NCBI GenBank assembly: GCA_951406725.2
Contig: OX597823.1
Span: 38,502,001-38,566,000, forward strand
Direction: 5' to 3'
Source: Octopus vulgaris
Taxonomy: Eukaryota
Length of the DNA: 64,000 bases
Shown: positions 1-13,610 of the stretch, piece by piece
Layout of the letters: the number at the start of each line of letters is the position of its first letter
Position numbering within the stretch: the stretch's first letter is position 1
Translations under genes and position numbers: made by a program
The notes under the pieces: generated by a model
The model's input: the letters and a program-made list of their open reading frames with translations, nothing else
What the model was told of the DNA's origin: nothing
Database searches by the model: none

Positions 1-1170
1 CTGTCTGTCTCTCTCTCCTCCCTCTCTCTACATTGCTTGTCTTTATTGCCACTCTTCATTTACTCCACTAAATGGAACCGAGATCACCAAACCAACTCAT
101 ATCAAAATGAAAGTAAACATATTATGATGATGATGGTGATGGTATTTTCTTCTAACACTTAGATTCAAAACAATATATCACCACACACACATGCGCACAA
201 ACAAACCAAAAGGAATGCAGTGTAAATAACGGACAGAGTCAAGACTATTGAAAAGGTTGCAAGACACAATGAAAATTTTAGGAAAATAAAAATAAGAAAT
301 AAGTGGAAATTTTACCGGTGAGTGTGTTCAATTATAAGGCACAAAAAGAAAATGACTCTCCCCAGACACAACAGAATATGCTTTAACATACGAACTCATA
401 TAAAGAATCCTGCAAACCAAATCCAAAAACAAAATATATCACCAGTTATTGAAGTCCATTATGCTCTTGTAACATTGTCCTCTCTTGCTATTTATCTCTC
501 ACCCTCTCTTACAATAACCCATCTTCATAGCCATCTTTCCACCTTTCTCTATCCAGTCTCCTCCTAGCATGCAACTTCTATCACTATCTTTCTTCCATTA
601 CTCCCACCCCTAATACCACCTCATTCCCAATATTCTGCTGCCTTCTCATTCTCACACTTATACTGTCTCTTCCATTCACCTTCTTCCTGTTGCTCTGTCT
701 CTCCCATCTTAGTCTTCTATTCACCCTCTTGGTCATGTTGCTTTGAATGAACAGAATAATAAGAACTATTTAGTCTTACACAGGACAAAGCAATTTCACT
801 TATGTTAATTCCGCAATAAAATGCATTCAATATACTCTATAAAGTGCTTGGTAAATGAATGGAGACAACATAAAGTTGAGGACTTTTTAATCTTGCTGAG
901 GACATGACATCTTTTAGTGCTGCTGTCACAAGAAACTACACTCTCTGCCCTCTGTATAGTAGTTGGTGTTAGGAAGGACATTCAGATATAGCAGCCCTGC
1001 CAAAATGGAATTTACAAGAAAGGTGACCCATTTAGGAGAGCAATAACTCTAAATATAATTTGACTTGGATCATGATTACCTGTCCATCCCATGTCAACTA
1101 GAAAATGGACAAGGGGTGGTAGCATTTTAACTATCATTGTTGTTATTTTTGTTTTGTACTCCACTTTCAG

Positions 1171-1284
1171 ATTCAAAAAGGTAAATATCATGGCGTTATC
1201 GACATTGGGTTATCAGTCCTTTGTTTTAAGAGATGCCAACGCAGGATAGATATAGATGCTGAAGAGCTGGTGCATCATGTGAAA
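1171..1284 (+). CDS. OSBPL6: Exon of OSBP-related protein 3/6/7 orthologue (PH domain, C-terminal half)
   Basis: ttcag|ATT...GTGAAA|gtaagt, phase 0/0; IQKGKYHGVIDIGLSVLCFKRCQRRIDIDAEELVHHVK resembles the ORP3/6/7 PH segment (HGxIDVGLSV...IDLDxEExIYHLK). Confidence 0.92.
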
Positions 1285-1750
1285 GTAAGTATTATCTGAG
1301 ATGTTTACTATTTACATAAAGGTTAGAAGTAGTGCTAAATTTCCACCATCCCCACAGACTTCAAGTTGTAATTATAACTATGTTGTGGAACTTATCTACT
1401 ACTCTACATTTACTGTACTATTCATTCAATTCTTCACCTCATGGTTACATTTATTGCACTTATGTTCTAATAGTTTTTGTTCCTCAAAATACATTGCAAT
1501 AATCTAAAAGAAAAGTATTCAAGATATCATCACTCTGTACTCTGTCAATATGTTGTTTCTATTTCTTTTAGCCATTTATAACCCTTGTAATTACTTGTCC
1601 CACCAACCACAAACATCTTGTGACATAAACAGAACAATTCAACACCACTTGAAGAACACTATCTCTCCCTTCCACCACCATGTACTAATATACAAATCTC
1701 TCTCTCTCACACATACACAGATGATCAAAATACCTGTTATATTAATAACT

Positions 1751-2305
1751 ATTGGGTTGACAAGAAAATAATTTCAGTTTTTTAGTGTGAAATAAAAGTC
1801 TTTTTTCTTCATACAAAGAATGAATTTTAATCAATTGTAGATTTTTCATTTTGTTCAATAACCTTTTGCCATCTTTCTGGCAACTTCATAATCCCATGCT
1901 CATAGAACTTCTGGTCCTTATCAGCCAAAAGTTGAAGCAAGTGCAATTTTAGGTCATCATTATTATTGAATGTTTTAACCATTCAAAGAATTTTGCAAAC
2001 TTTGAAATAAATTGTAATCTGATGGTGCAAGATTAGGGCTATATGGGGGTGTGACATCACTTTCCAACCAAGCTCCAATAATTTTCACAAGTTAGCAAAT
2101 ATGTAGTCTAGCATTGTCATGATCGAACATGATTCTTTTACAATTTGCTAATTCTGGCTGTTTTCCTTTGATTGCTTCCTCCAGTTTCATTAGTTGTTGA
2201 CAGTAAACATCTGAATTGATCATTTGGTTCCTTGGAAGCAGCTCAAAATGCACAACACCTTTGTAATCCCACCAAATTGATAGCATGACCTTTTTTTTAT
2301 GCAAT
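1751..2305 (-). mobile_element. Degenerate mariner transposon, 3' half (mellifera-like)
   Basis: Minus-strand KKVMLSIWWDYKGVVHFELLP...DNAR, then a PNLAPSDY-like motif; terminus TA|TTGGGTTG at about 1751. Confidence 0.85.
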
Positions 2306-4496
2306 TCTGAGGAAGTAGTTTCAAGTTAAAGAACCGATACTCACTGAAAAATGTATATTAACTTTTTTGAACAGAACCTGTATAACTTTATAGTTTGTGA
2401 AATATTAGTTGCTAACTGAATCTCTAAATGATTATTTTAAAATAATTATTCTTGATGAATTCCTACTTGCTGTGTATTATGTATTTTTGGATGGAAAGAG
2501 TTTAAAAACACCTTATATAATTTGTGCATATTTATAATATGAACCAAATTTAATAAAATCTTGTTGCTAAATAATATTTTAACTCTGATTTTGTTTACTT
2601 AAACACCTTTAAATTAATTTCCTATTCAAATAATTACTATGAATTTTTGAGGAAATTTAATGCTTTTAAAACCTTCTAAACATTCAAGTTCACAAAGGAA
2701 TTTTAAATACAACAATTATGAATCAGGGATTTATGGATTTTTTTTTACTTTATAGGAAAGTCTATGAGTTTGCATGCTGTCATTAAATTTGTTTCAACTT
2801 TAATATATCAGACTCATTATCTGTTATAGCTTATATTTTTGAAGTTATTAAACAATATACTTTTATCCTTTAATCCTATTCCTATAATTATTTCTCATCA
2901 CACAATATATTCTGGCTCTAATGCCTTTCTTGTTTCTGTGAAGGAATTTCACTTTATCATTAATCATTCAATAAAGGCTGAGTTGTATAATGCTGAGATT
3001 AATGAACAAAGATATTTAATTATTATTTGATAAACCCAATCAACTAAACTATATGAGCTGTTTCTTTGCTGCTGAGCTACTTATGTGTATATATCATAGT
3101 TAGTCAATAAATTGTACTAATACCTTTATGAGATTACATAAGATCTATGAACTCTAGCCATGACAGAAGCAAAAAAAATTGTCATTTTATTCTTAATATA
3201 TTATATCTACAATAGGATTAATCTATAACTTTATAAATGTAGTGATTTATTTTATTCTTAATGCTAAATGATTTTTACGACTGCTGTTTACTTTATTTTT
3301 TTTTTCTTCTTTAAATATATTGTTTGAAACTTTTTCTTAGAAATTTTAATTGTTGTTTTACCAACAAAAGTGTGATTTAAATCACTCAGTCATTTCATAA
3401 CCAGTATGACTTCTGGAAAGCAATATTTATTATTAAGCTCATTTTACCCATTATACACTACAAGCATCTAGCCAAAAAAAACTTTATGAACAATTTATCT
3501 CAATATCAACAAAGTTTTAATCATACTGCACTTATAAATTTCTGTACACAATTTCTCTTATATCAACAACTTTTATATTGCTTGTTTGACCCCTAGAAAT
3601 GTTGACAATGCTCTTTCTAATTCTCATCTCTTAAGAAAATTCACCAAAGGTACCTTCTAACTTCAATCTGTTATCTGCACTTTCAACCAATAAGGATCAC
3701 TTATAAATCTTCCAGTGTTGCTGATCTATCTAGCAGATATTGAAAGATGAATTTCTAACCTTTGTTATGGTGAATGACATGGAGACTTTCTTGCTGTTAC
3801 AAATTTTTCATATAAAGGATAACTGAAACAATTTTTCCCAAACTCCCCACATACATTCATTAACATATTCAGAACTGCGTTGTAAAATCTTGACAAAAAA
3901 ATATCACTTGCCATGGCTGACATGAGATCATTCTACTCTATCATCCATTATGGTATAATCGTGTCAACTTAACTATATTTACCTCGTTTCAGTCATCTGA
4001 CATTGACAATATTCATTCTTTTACTCCTTCATCCAGTTCAGTCTTTTGTCTCCTTCTTTACTGAAATACTCTCTGGTCATTAACACTCTATCAATTCAAC
4101 ACTATTTTCAGTTAAAGGTTGTTATTTTGTTAACAAATTCACATTGAGCAAATTATTGTTTCACTTGTTAGAAATGACAGCCAAATTTCCTTCAGATCAT
4201 ACCCGAAAGTCTTACAAAAAAGGAAGAGCAGATTGAATAATGTAATCTTGGATATATAAAACAGATGGTTATGGCTGAAGAGCTTTTAGTCCTATGTCAG
4301 CTTGATCAGGACTAATTTAGAACTAAACAACAACAGCATGCATAGTACTTTCTTTTAAGAAATGGAACATGTGAAATTCACAACTGGTGCCTGTATATTA
4401 AGGTACAAACAACTAACACATTAGATTGAGCACAATAAACCCTGTAAATTTTGTGAAGTTATTGTAGCTGGCATAGTTAGGTTTGCTATGTTAATA

Positions 4497-4559
<63 letters not shown>

Positions 4560-4830
4560 ATGCGTGCATGTGCATGTATGAACATAGTAGTCTTAATGAA
4601 GATGCAATAATTTACAACTTGAACTGAAGCATATACTTCTTGATAACCAGTACACCATAAAAATGCTACCTGTCTTTAATTTTGTCTATAAATTCCAGAA
4701 GTTTATATCAAAGAGCCTTTATTCAGAACTCAATATCTTCCTCTTAAAGCTTTTACATGCATACATATGTAGTTTATATATGAAGATAATTGTATAATAA
4801 ATAACTGATTTTTGCTTTTTATTCTGCCAG

Positions 4831-4981
4831 GTGAAAGATCCCCAACTGTTTGAAGAATGGCTTTCAAGATTAACACATCACCGACTATATCGCCAACATG
4901 AAATAACCTATGGGACTAAAGATCAACCAAGGTTGACTGAATTAGCTTCTCCAACTGAAGAAATTACATCACTTCCTACAA
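4831..4981 (+). CDS. OSBPL6: OSBPL3/6/7 exon (end of PH domain)
   Basis: tgccag|GTG; VKDPQLFEEWLSRLTHHRLYRQHEITYG... carries the family motif LxHHRLYRQxEI; the donor A|gtaaag gives phase 1, matching the next exon. Confidence 0.9.
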
Positions 4982-6437
4982 GTAAAGGAATTATTTCTAA
5001 ATTTGCTTTCCTTTAATTTGATAATGACTGTTCATTAGTGCTTATTTTATAGATGAAATATTATAAATTTATTTCTTACCTCTTTTTGCTTAAGATTAAA
5101 TCAGTCTTGTAATAAAGATTAGAAATTTAATATTTCTACAGTAGCAATTAAATATTTCCCAATAAATTTCATAGTACAGGAATTTGGCTCCTCCTTCTTC
5201 ATGGTTTCAGCTGCTGCAGAATTACTAAAAGGTGTCCCACTGAAAAACTAACTTATCTATGATGGATTTATAATGTAGTCTCAGGTCTTGAAATCACTGT
5301 TTTAAAATTTATTTTTAAAAAATCAGATAAAAGAGAATGTCATAATCTAATACTTCCGAAGAAATTATCTTTCAATTTATTTAGACTGTATCCTTTCATT
5401 TCTTTCTTTCATCATCATCATTTAATGTCCATTTTTCATACTTGCATGGGTTGGCTGGTTTGACAGGAGCCAACATACCAGTAGACAGTGCCATGTCCAG
5501 TATTAGTTTTGGCATGGTTTCTAACACCAGCTACTTTACAGTGTCTGCTGGGTACTTTTTAAATGGCATCAGCACCAGTGAGATTACCAAGTAACTTGCA
5601 AGATGAGTCCCCTCAACTACAAGATGAGTGAAGTATTGAGGGAGATGGCTTTATGCTAGGTGATGGAAAGTTAAAAATATATTATACAGGGATGTACAGG
5701 TGTCTTGCTTGTAGGGAGGGGAGATACTTGATAACCCCTATTGAAAAACAGAGGGAAGATGGTGATGAAGATGTATCAAAGCATACCATTAAGTTATAGG
5801 AAAAGTGATACAGAGAATTGGATAGGGTAAGTGGGTAAGTTAGTAAGTTTGCAAGACTATGTAAGGAGAGGGACAAGTGAATAGAAGGAAATGCAATGAG
5901 TAGTGAATACAAGTGAAGGCATGAATATCAGTCAGATGGGAAGGTGGAAGAAGGAGGAGTAGGTCTAGGAGCTAATAGGTGGAAGTACAGATGATGTAAA
6001 GTGTGGGGGGATGGGGTGTGAGAGAAATACTCAGTGCTAAGGATGAAATCAGAGGTATGTAAAACAATATATGATTTCTAAATATATATTAAATATATGT
6101 TTCATATACACATGTTTAATAAATATGTATTCAGCATTGCTGTGTAAATGGACTCTGTACTTAAAATATAGAACTCTCTCTTTGAAGGTTAAATCTATAA
6201 ATAGCTTGACTAGTTTAATTGATGATTACCATCTCAGTGGGAGTGTTTTGTCATTTTCATCTTAGAGGGAGAGCAAGTTGTTTATAACATACTACTGAAG
6301 AGTGCAATGAGTAACAGGTACTGACTTTATTCATTTGCATATCAGTACATTCACTGTTCTTTATTTCATTCTACAGAGAGAACTCTGGGATTCAACCATA
6401 GGGTCTCATTTTACAGTGACACTAAAATCAGGTTTAA

Positions 6438-6658
6438 CCCTTTCGTTACCAACCCGGCTGAAACCGGCTCTGGCTCTTTAGTATAAATGTCTTGTTTTCA
6501 TAAGTTTTGAATTCAAATCTTCTGCCAAACTTTGGTCACAATTTATGTTCCTAACACTAGCTTCATGATAACTAAGTTATTTTACTAAATTCTTTGTTAT
6601 ATTTAAAGTAATTGGAAGAAACACAGAGCATCTCAAAATAAATACAGTAACGAAAGGG
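6438..6658. mobile_element. piggyBac-type MITE
   Basis: TTAA|CCCTTTCGTTAC ... GTAACGAAAGGG|TTAA: perfect 12-bp TIRs and TTAA target duplication; a decayed relative lies at about 51484-51722. Confidence 0.85.
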
Positions 6659-6662
6659 TTAA

Positions 6663-7440
6663 CAACTCACAATGAACACAAGATGTCAAGAAGTGAAAAA
6701 AATGCCAAGAAAATGACTCAGTATTAAAATTCAATATCTAAAACAATAGTAATATGGTTCCACTTCTAGACATAAACATTCAAATTAAAAGTAACAGATA
6801 CACACACAAGATACAAGCATAGACTACATGGAGATACTGAATGCTCACATAACTACAGAATACCAGAGGTAAAATCACTACATAGGAGAGCATTTAAACT
6901 CTCCGCCACATATGTAACACTAGAAAAATGAAATCCACAGAATAAAACAAATCCTACTTAACAAAGGATATTCAAATAAACTAATTGACTAAACTACTGA
7001 TGAATATTGAGAGAAATACAATATAAAAAATATTTTAGACTGTACCCCTTCTAAAAATACGTTAAATACAAAGTATATAAAATGAATCAAATGCATGGCA
7101 AGTACTGAATAGAAGAAAATAATCAAAAATCTCATAAAGCAAAATATAAAATATCTCACACCAAACCATAAACTGACATTTACAATATATTACACAAGCA
7201 ATAAGATTAAAAACCTCCTTATTGATAACACACCATAAGAATGTAAGTCTGAGAACTAGCTACCAACAACCGATGCAATTTATAAATTGATGACAAAAGT
7301 AAAAGTTCAAACTTCATGATTCTGTTATATTGGCTGGAAAATTACAATTCATTCTCATATGCTTACTGTGCATTTACAATAAAAAGCAATTGCAACACAA
7401 TACACTTTTCAGCATAAAAGAAAAAGAAAACAGATAATAC
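6663..7440 (+). mobile_element. Highly degenerate Penelope-like RT fragment
   Basis: A-rich strand with broken frames reading VPLLDINI and LHRRAFKLS, similar to the PLE RT/thumb motifs (LPFLDxxI, LxxRAxxL). Confidence 0.45.
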
Positions 7441-7874
7441 GTCATTACTTCATAGAATATTCCACAGATTTGGATGATTGATTACAGAAGCAATACCCAT
7501 ATTGCAACATAGGGCTATAATTAACACACAAACAACATACACACATCACAAATAAAATGAGCATGTCACCAATGGCATGTAGTTCTAAGTCGAAAATATG
7601 AATTTGATTGCAATAGAACCCTAATGCTTTAATGGTCAATTTCTGGCTGTAAACAAAATTCTGAATAAATGGTCTGCATAACAAAAATCCTCCACTGTAG
7701 GAAGAGACAGTATAGGAAAGAACACAACTCTATTTCTCTTCAGGTATGGCTGAGAGAGCTTAGAAATGTTGATGAAAATAAATTTGGGAACTTTATTTTA
7801 CTAAAAGAATTACAGGGGTCTGATATGCAGATGTGCAAAACCCCAAGTAACAGAAGAAAAGAACATTGTTGTTA

Positions 7875-7891
7875 TCACCACCACCACCACC

Positions 7892-7953
<62 letters not shown>
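7875..7953. repeat. (CAC)n(CAT)n microsatellite at a retroposon tail
   Basis: Seen directly; explains the poly-His and poly-Asp/Gly ORFs. Confidence 0.9.
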
Positions 7954-8102
7954 TTAATGTCTGTCTTCCATTCTGGCACAAATTGGACAGTTTGACAGGA
8001 TCCAACAAGCTGGAAGACTGCATTAAGCTCCAATAACACACTCCACTGCCTCAATACTTTAGCTATTTAATAAGCAAGTATCAAATATCAATTTTATTAC
8101 AG

Positions 8103-8264
8103 GTGCAAATTTACCTGAAAAAGCACGTACTCTCAGTATGGGGAAAGAAAGCGTACGGCAAGCAAGTTTAAAAGGTCGGCCAAACCAGGCTACTTTGTTA
8201 ACTGGTTGTAGTAAAGTAGCTGCCTGGCTATTAGATTCAGAAGGAATTCACCAGTGCAATAAAG
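8103..8264 (+). CDS. OSBPL6: OSBPL3/6/7 exon
   Basis: ttacag|GT...AAAG|gtaacc, phase 1/1; ...KVAAWLLDSEGIHQCNK matches the family motif KVAAWLxDSE. Confidence 0.88.
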
Positions 8265-8720
8265 GTAACCCGTAGAATCAATTTCTATTGTGCACCTAAA
8301 ATATTTCATAAAATTTTAGTTCCTTGCAATGAAAGAATTGTAGCCATGAAAACAGACTGAAAGCATTATGTTTGTTTTATACCAGCAAAACTGTCATTGA
8401 TTTTTGAGTTATATCTGTTTATAAAAAATAGTTTTAAAATATAAAAATTTCCATTTTCAAAGTTTATATTTACTACAAAAATTTCTAAATAAATATTTCC
8501 CTGGTAATCTTTTATTATAAATACTGAGAATTTCTAAATAAATGTCAGCTTTTTTTGTCTCTTCTGACAGAAATGCCCATGTACTAAATTATGGAAATAT
8601 CAGGCATAGAGTACTAACGACCGAGTTATAACCTTCTCTTTTTTTAAATTTTTTGTTAAGCTTTTTTGTGTGTGTTATTGATTTTCCTCTCAAGTAGTAC
8701 ATTTTTTATTCTGTTTTCAG

Positions 8721-8812
8721 AAATGAGTCAAGCACAAAATCATTTATACGAACTAAAAATTATTCTGGAAAAAATGAAAAATCTTCCTTTGGCCACAGAT
8801 TCTATACTTGGG
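8721..8812 (+). CDS. OSBPL6: OSBPL3/6/7 exon (coiled-coil)
   Basis: tttcag|AAATG...CTTGGG|gtatgt, phase 1/0; EMSQAQNHLYELKIILEKMKNLPLATDSILG continues the frame with a heptad pattern. Confidence 0.85.
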
Positions 8813-9250
8813 GTATGTGTTTATTTTTCTCTTTTATCATTTAAGGTGATGAGCTAGCAGAATTGTTACCATGGTAAACAAAATGCTTAGTGACATTTCT
8901 TCTGACTACACTCAGAGTTCAAATTCTGTTGAGGTCAACTCTGTCTTACTCCACCTACCTCCCCTCCCAATGTCAAAAGATATATCAATAAGCAACTGAT
9001 GGTGCAAGCCTGCTTTGGATGCATGTGTAGAGAGAAATCTAAATGTCCTCTCGGGCACAAATGTGATATATCTTCTATTGTTTATGAAGCACTGGTTTCA
9101 GTGAATTATGACAATGTTACATTGATTTTGTTGAAGGAAAATTTAAATTCCAATGTAACAACCATCTTTTGAAGTTTAGACATTGTGATGAGAGACACAC
9201 AACAACCTTTTCAGCTTTAATCTGGCAACTTAAAAACAAAAAGACCAGCT

Positions 9251-9286
<36 letters not shown>

Positions 9287-9486
9287 TATATATATATGTA
9301 TAAAATAAAGAAGGCAGCTATATGCAATAGAAAACCAAAAAGGAAAAATTCAGTTGTCCCTAATTGTGACTGATGGTGCAGCGTAGCACCTACATTGCTA
9401 GAAATAAGAACTAAAATCCCTTACAGCCACAGGAAGCACAAGTCTACTCACTGACAAGGGAGATGACCACCCCACAGCAAGCAAAA

Positions 9487-9534
9487 TCACCATACTAGTC
9501 TAGTTTCACTTAGAATTAAGCTCAACAGTGGTGA
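9487..9534 (-). ncRNA. Type I hammerhead ribozyme-like motif
   Basis: UCACCA-CUGUUGA-GCUUA(AUUC)UAAGU-GAA-ACUAG(A)CUAGU-A/UGGUGA: 6-bp stem I, stems II and III, GUA cleavage triplet; core has U at position 6. Confidence 0.65.
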
Positions 9535-11099
9535 CTACTCCATCATCGGTTGGTTTGGCTAAATCTCAATTATCAGTATATAGTACTTACCACATGAATC
9601 AGTGGCTGATCCAAAATTTAAATATGTTTGTGTGTGTAAAAGAGAGGGGTTAGTCAATGATAAATATGAGTTGGGGTGGTGGATAGAAAGAATGAGAGAT
9701 GGATGTGAATAGGAATTGGCTGAGGGGGAGTGTCAATTGAATTGACCTCAGCCCATGACTAAAACTTATTTTAACTCTTCAAAGGAATGAAATGCAAAAG
9801 CTGGCCTTTGTGCAGTTTTGCATCAAATGTAGAGGGTTAAAACTAAGTATTGTAAGAGATTCAATTCACTTCTTTGTTTTTCCTATAACTCAGCAGATTT
9901 CATGGAACCATCATAAGAAAATATTGTACCTCTTACTCACTCAAAAATATTTTACATCTTTTTTCAATGGTTTAGTCATGGAGAAGAGACTTTGCTCATG
10001 GCTGTTGCAGGTCCCAAAAGGGATGTTTCATTATTAAACACCTGCAAATTGACAATGCAGAAAATGGGTAGAAGGAGAGAAGATTAAAAAAAAACTGTTT
10101 AATACATAACCTGGAGAGGAAACAGTATGAATGATGAGACAAATAAGGTACACAGCTAGATAGTTGCAATGAGTAGAAACCATTGTTGTGATGGTAGAAA
10201 AGACAGCAAGAAGACAGTGTATGTGTAAGTTAAAGGCTAAAATATCTTGGTGAGTGACTCCATACCAATCAGTTTGATAGCTATCTGTAGAATGCAGTCT
10301 AAGATGTTTCTCAAATGTAGCAGCAGCATCCCTATCAAAGATATTACTCAGCAATGGATGAGGCAGTTTTCATTGACAGAGCCTTTCCCTTCCCTTCTCC
10401 AGAAAACTCTCTCCTAGTTTCATACATAAGGATCACACTTGGTCTTCTCGAAAATTCATGAATCTAAATTCTACACTGTATCCTTAGGCAAAATTCCATT
10501 TTTCTGTTTACCCAAGCTAACAAAGCAATTATTATGATTATTATAGCATCAAGATTTCTAAAAGATTTTGACAAGAGAAAATATTCACTGACTAAATATA
10601 AATCTGTTCTGAGAAAAAGAAAAGAAAAATGCTTGATTTTAAATGCTGTCCTCTCATTTGTTTCATTTACATTTAAAACTAATTGACTCTTTGAATGTGA
10701 TTTCTGTTTATTATGAAGCTTAAAACTATATTTTGTAAAGTGTTTGTAGTTTGTATATATTCTTCATGTATGACACTGAAAAATACTTCAAAATGCAAAA
10801 TCTTGAATATATGGTTCTGTGAGGCATCATCAAAGTGTTATAGTTTTGCAGGAAGTTATTTCATTTCAGGTATTTAATTAGTATCATATGGAGCAGTTGA
10901 AAATACTTCCGAGGAAAAATTATATAAAACAATTTCTTTTCACTATGTAACTAACTATTTGATTAAATTATTTTATCATGTGTCAGTATTGTACATGGAA
11001 CTTCCAGGTACTTTAATGTATTAGTGAAAAAGGATTGAGTAGATGTGACTTCAAAATGTAAAAATATCAACATCCTACAAGTGTATTAATGAGTATATA

Positions 11100-11468
11100 T
11101 ATATATATATAAATGAGAATGTCTGTCCATCTGTCTGTGTGTCTGTTTGAATCCCTAAAACTTGAGTACACAGCCAATTTCATTCAAATTTTAGACATGC
11201 CTTACTTAGGGTCCATGTAGTGTCATAGGCCAAAAAATCTTTTAACTTCTTGCCTAGTGTGAGCCCACAGCAACATCATATCTTCTCCACTATTTCAGTA
11301 CTACGTATCAAAAGTGTAACAATAACATCTCTCTATTGTAATGTCAGATACTTTCACTTTAATAGTTTCACTTTAATACTGAAACTATTAAAATGAAACT
11401 ATTATCTCACATATATATATACAGGCATACATACACATACATACATATATATTTAATGTATATATATA

Positions 11469-11499
<31 letters not shown>

Positions 11500-13098
11500 G
11501 TATACATCTACACAAATGTATATATATATATACAGAGCATATGGGGACTTAACACCGATCCTAATGAAATTTGGAACACAGAATTCAGGCCTAAGGAGAA
11601 GGGTAATGGTGTGTGTTTCATACAATTTCATGAACCAAAATTACTGAATGGATCCTTATGATATTTGGAACTTAGATTCAATGCATAAGGTCGGGTATAA
11701 TGCAATATGTTTGGTTTAAATTTCAGATGGCTTAAAGTGGGCAGAACCCCCATGAAAATTCATAAATTTTCAATGTTGATGAAATTTCAACCATGGGTAA
11801 TTGACACACATCAAGAAGTATTCTCAAAGTTTCCACTTCTCACGAGGATTCTAAGACACCCTAATGACGGCCTTAACTCCCAAATTTTAGCCATTTCTTT
11901 TATGATCCAAAACTAGGTCAAAAGAACTGAATGGATCTTTATGAAATTTGGAAATTATATTCTATGTATATTTTTGCTGTTGATGAAATTTTAACTATAA
12001 ATATTAGAAACAAATGAAGTGATATAAAATTTCATCTTCTTACAAGTTAGAAAGACTCCTTCATGGGGACTTAACACCCACAATTTAGTCATATTATCTA
12101 AGCCGAATACAGCTGGAAGCTGTAGGGTCACCCGAGCATAAAAGATGAGCATTATTTGTAATTCAATGGTACAACAGTGTAACACTTTGCTTTGAGATAT
12201 ACTTATATTGTAATTTCTGCAATGTGGTGCATAAATTGTCAAGTAAATGAGAGGTGTATATGACCCAACTGATTCAGTTGCAAAGTGTTGAGTAAAGTTA
12301 TTTGGTTGCAGACCTCCTTTCAGTCTTTTTATTATCACTGAGTCACACATAGTCTCCAGATGGTAACATTGATTTCAAGGCCTTCCAAGATGAGTGACTG
12401 GTTATTCAAAGACATAGATTGTAAATTTATTCTGTCCAGTTACATATCAGTATAGTGGTCATTTGCAAATTCCTGAGGTGACACTTTCATTTCTCCTTAG
12501 CCCTCACGTCACACAGTTGTTAGTGTTTATTTGAGTTGGATCATGCCCTTCCAATTGCTATAGATCCATAATGCATCTTGTGGCTGTGCCTGTCACCTGG
12601 ATGGTGAGGAACCCTACATTGGGAGTGGTGACGACTAGGGTAGGGTAGCTGACTGCTTATTGTGATCATTCGTCTTTTGGTTTCCTGTAGCTTTGCTCTC
12701 TTTTACAAACACAGTGAACATACATATATTTCCTATTTCAAAGAAATTCAAACAATAGATATAAGACCCAAGTTAAAAAGATTCTCAACAATTCAACTTC
12801 TCTGGTTGACTTAACTCCCACATTTTAGAGCTCCATGACCTCCATTTTTCAGGAGCAAAATCCTTTTAACAGGTTCTATAAGACTGGAATTTTGGAATCT
12901 GTGCATAAAAATCAGTAGTATGGGATACATGTGTCAATATTACAATTTTTTTAGGGTGTGTAAAGAGGGAAAGAACCCTCATCTGCAATTTTGATGAAAT
13001 TCAAATCATAGGTATTCCAGTTCATTACAGAAAATATAACAGAAAAGTCTAATTCTTCAATTGCAAGTAACACGGGCAATGCCGGGTATCTCTGCTAG
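11100..13098 (+). mobile_element. Non-autonomous Helitron (possibly composite)
   Basis: 3' end ACGGGCAATGCCGGGTA-TCTCTG-CTAG|T (GC hairpin plus CTAG); (GTCY)n-like tract near the 5' end; recurring internal ATGAAATTTGGAA units. The 5' boundary is approximate. Confidence 0.7.
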
Positions 13099-13109
13099 TA
13101 TATATATAT

Positions 13110-13355
13110 CATCATCATCATCATCATCATCATCGTTTAACGTCCGTTTTCCGCGCTAGCACGGGTTGGACGGTTTCGACCGGGGTCTGGGGAGCTAGGG
13201 ACTGCCCCAGGCTCCAGTCTAGTCTGGCAGTGTTTCTACAGCTGGATGCCCTTCCTAACGCCAACCACTCCGCGAGTGTAGTGGGTGTTTTTACGTGCCA
13301 CCTGCACAGGTGCCAGAGGGGTCTGGCATCGGCCACGTTCGGATGGTGCTTTTTT
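13110..13355 (-). mobile_element. Young RTE 3'-tail / SINE tail copy with (GAT)n end
   Basis: CpG-rich copy of the recurrent GGAAGGGCATCCAGCTGTAGAAA...GGACGTTAAACGATGATGAT motif, also seen at about 950, 5410, 7950, 25640, 26950, 45880 and 58680. Confidence 0.75.
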
Positions 13356-13610
13356 ATTATGTGGGGGGGGGCAGAAATATAGGGGAGCACCAGTGGGGAG
13401 GGGTGGTTCAGAGGAATGATGACAGGTTCTTAGGCAAGTAGAACGTAGGATAGAGGGTAATGCATGGTGAAAATAGCGTATTGAGGAGGGGGCATTCGAA
13501 GAGTAGACACCTATAATGGTGGTGGGAGAAACAACATCCGGTATAGATGGAGCAAAAATATAGAGATATCCGGTATTGGTGGTGGGGGTGGGCAGGGTGG
13601 GTGCACCGCG

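Noticed and set aside
5211-5231. Possible 21-nt phase 1/1 microexon
   Set aside because: The donor AAG|GTGTCC is poor.
7669-8041. Poly-His and poly-Asp/Gly ORFs
   Set aside because: They come from trinucleotide repeats at a retroposon tail.
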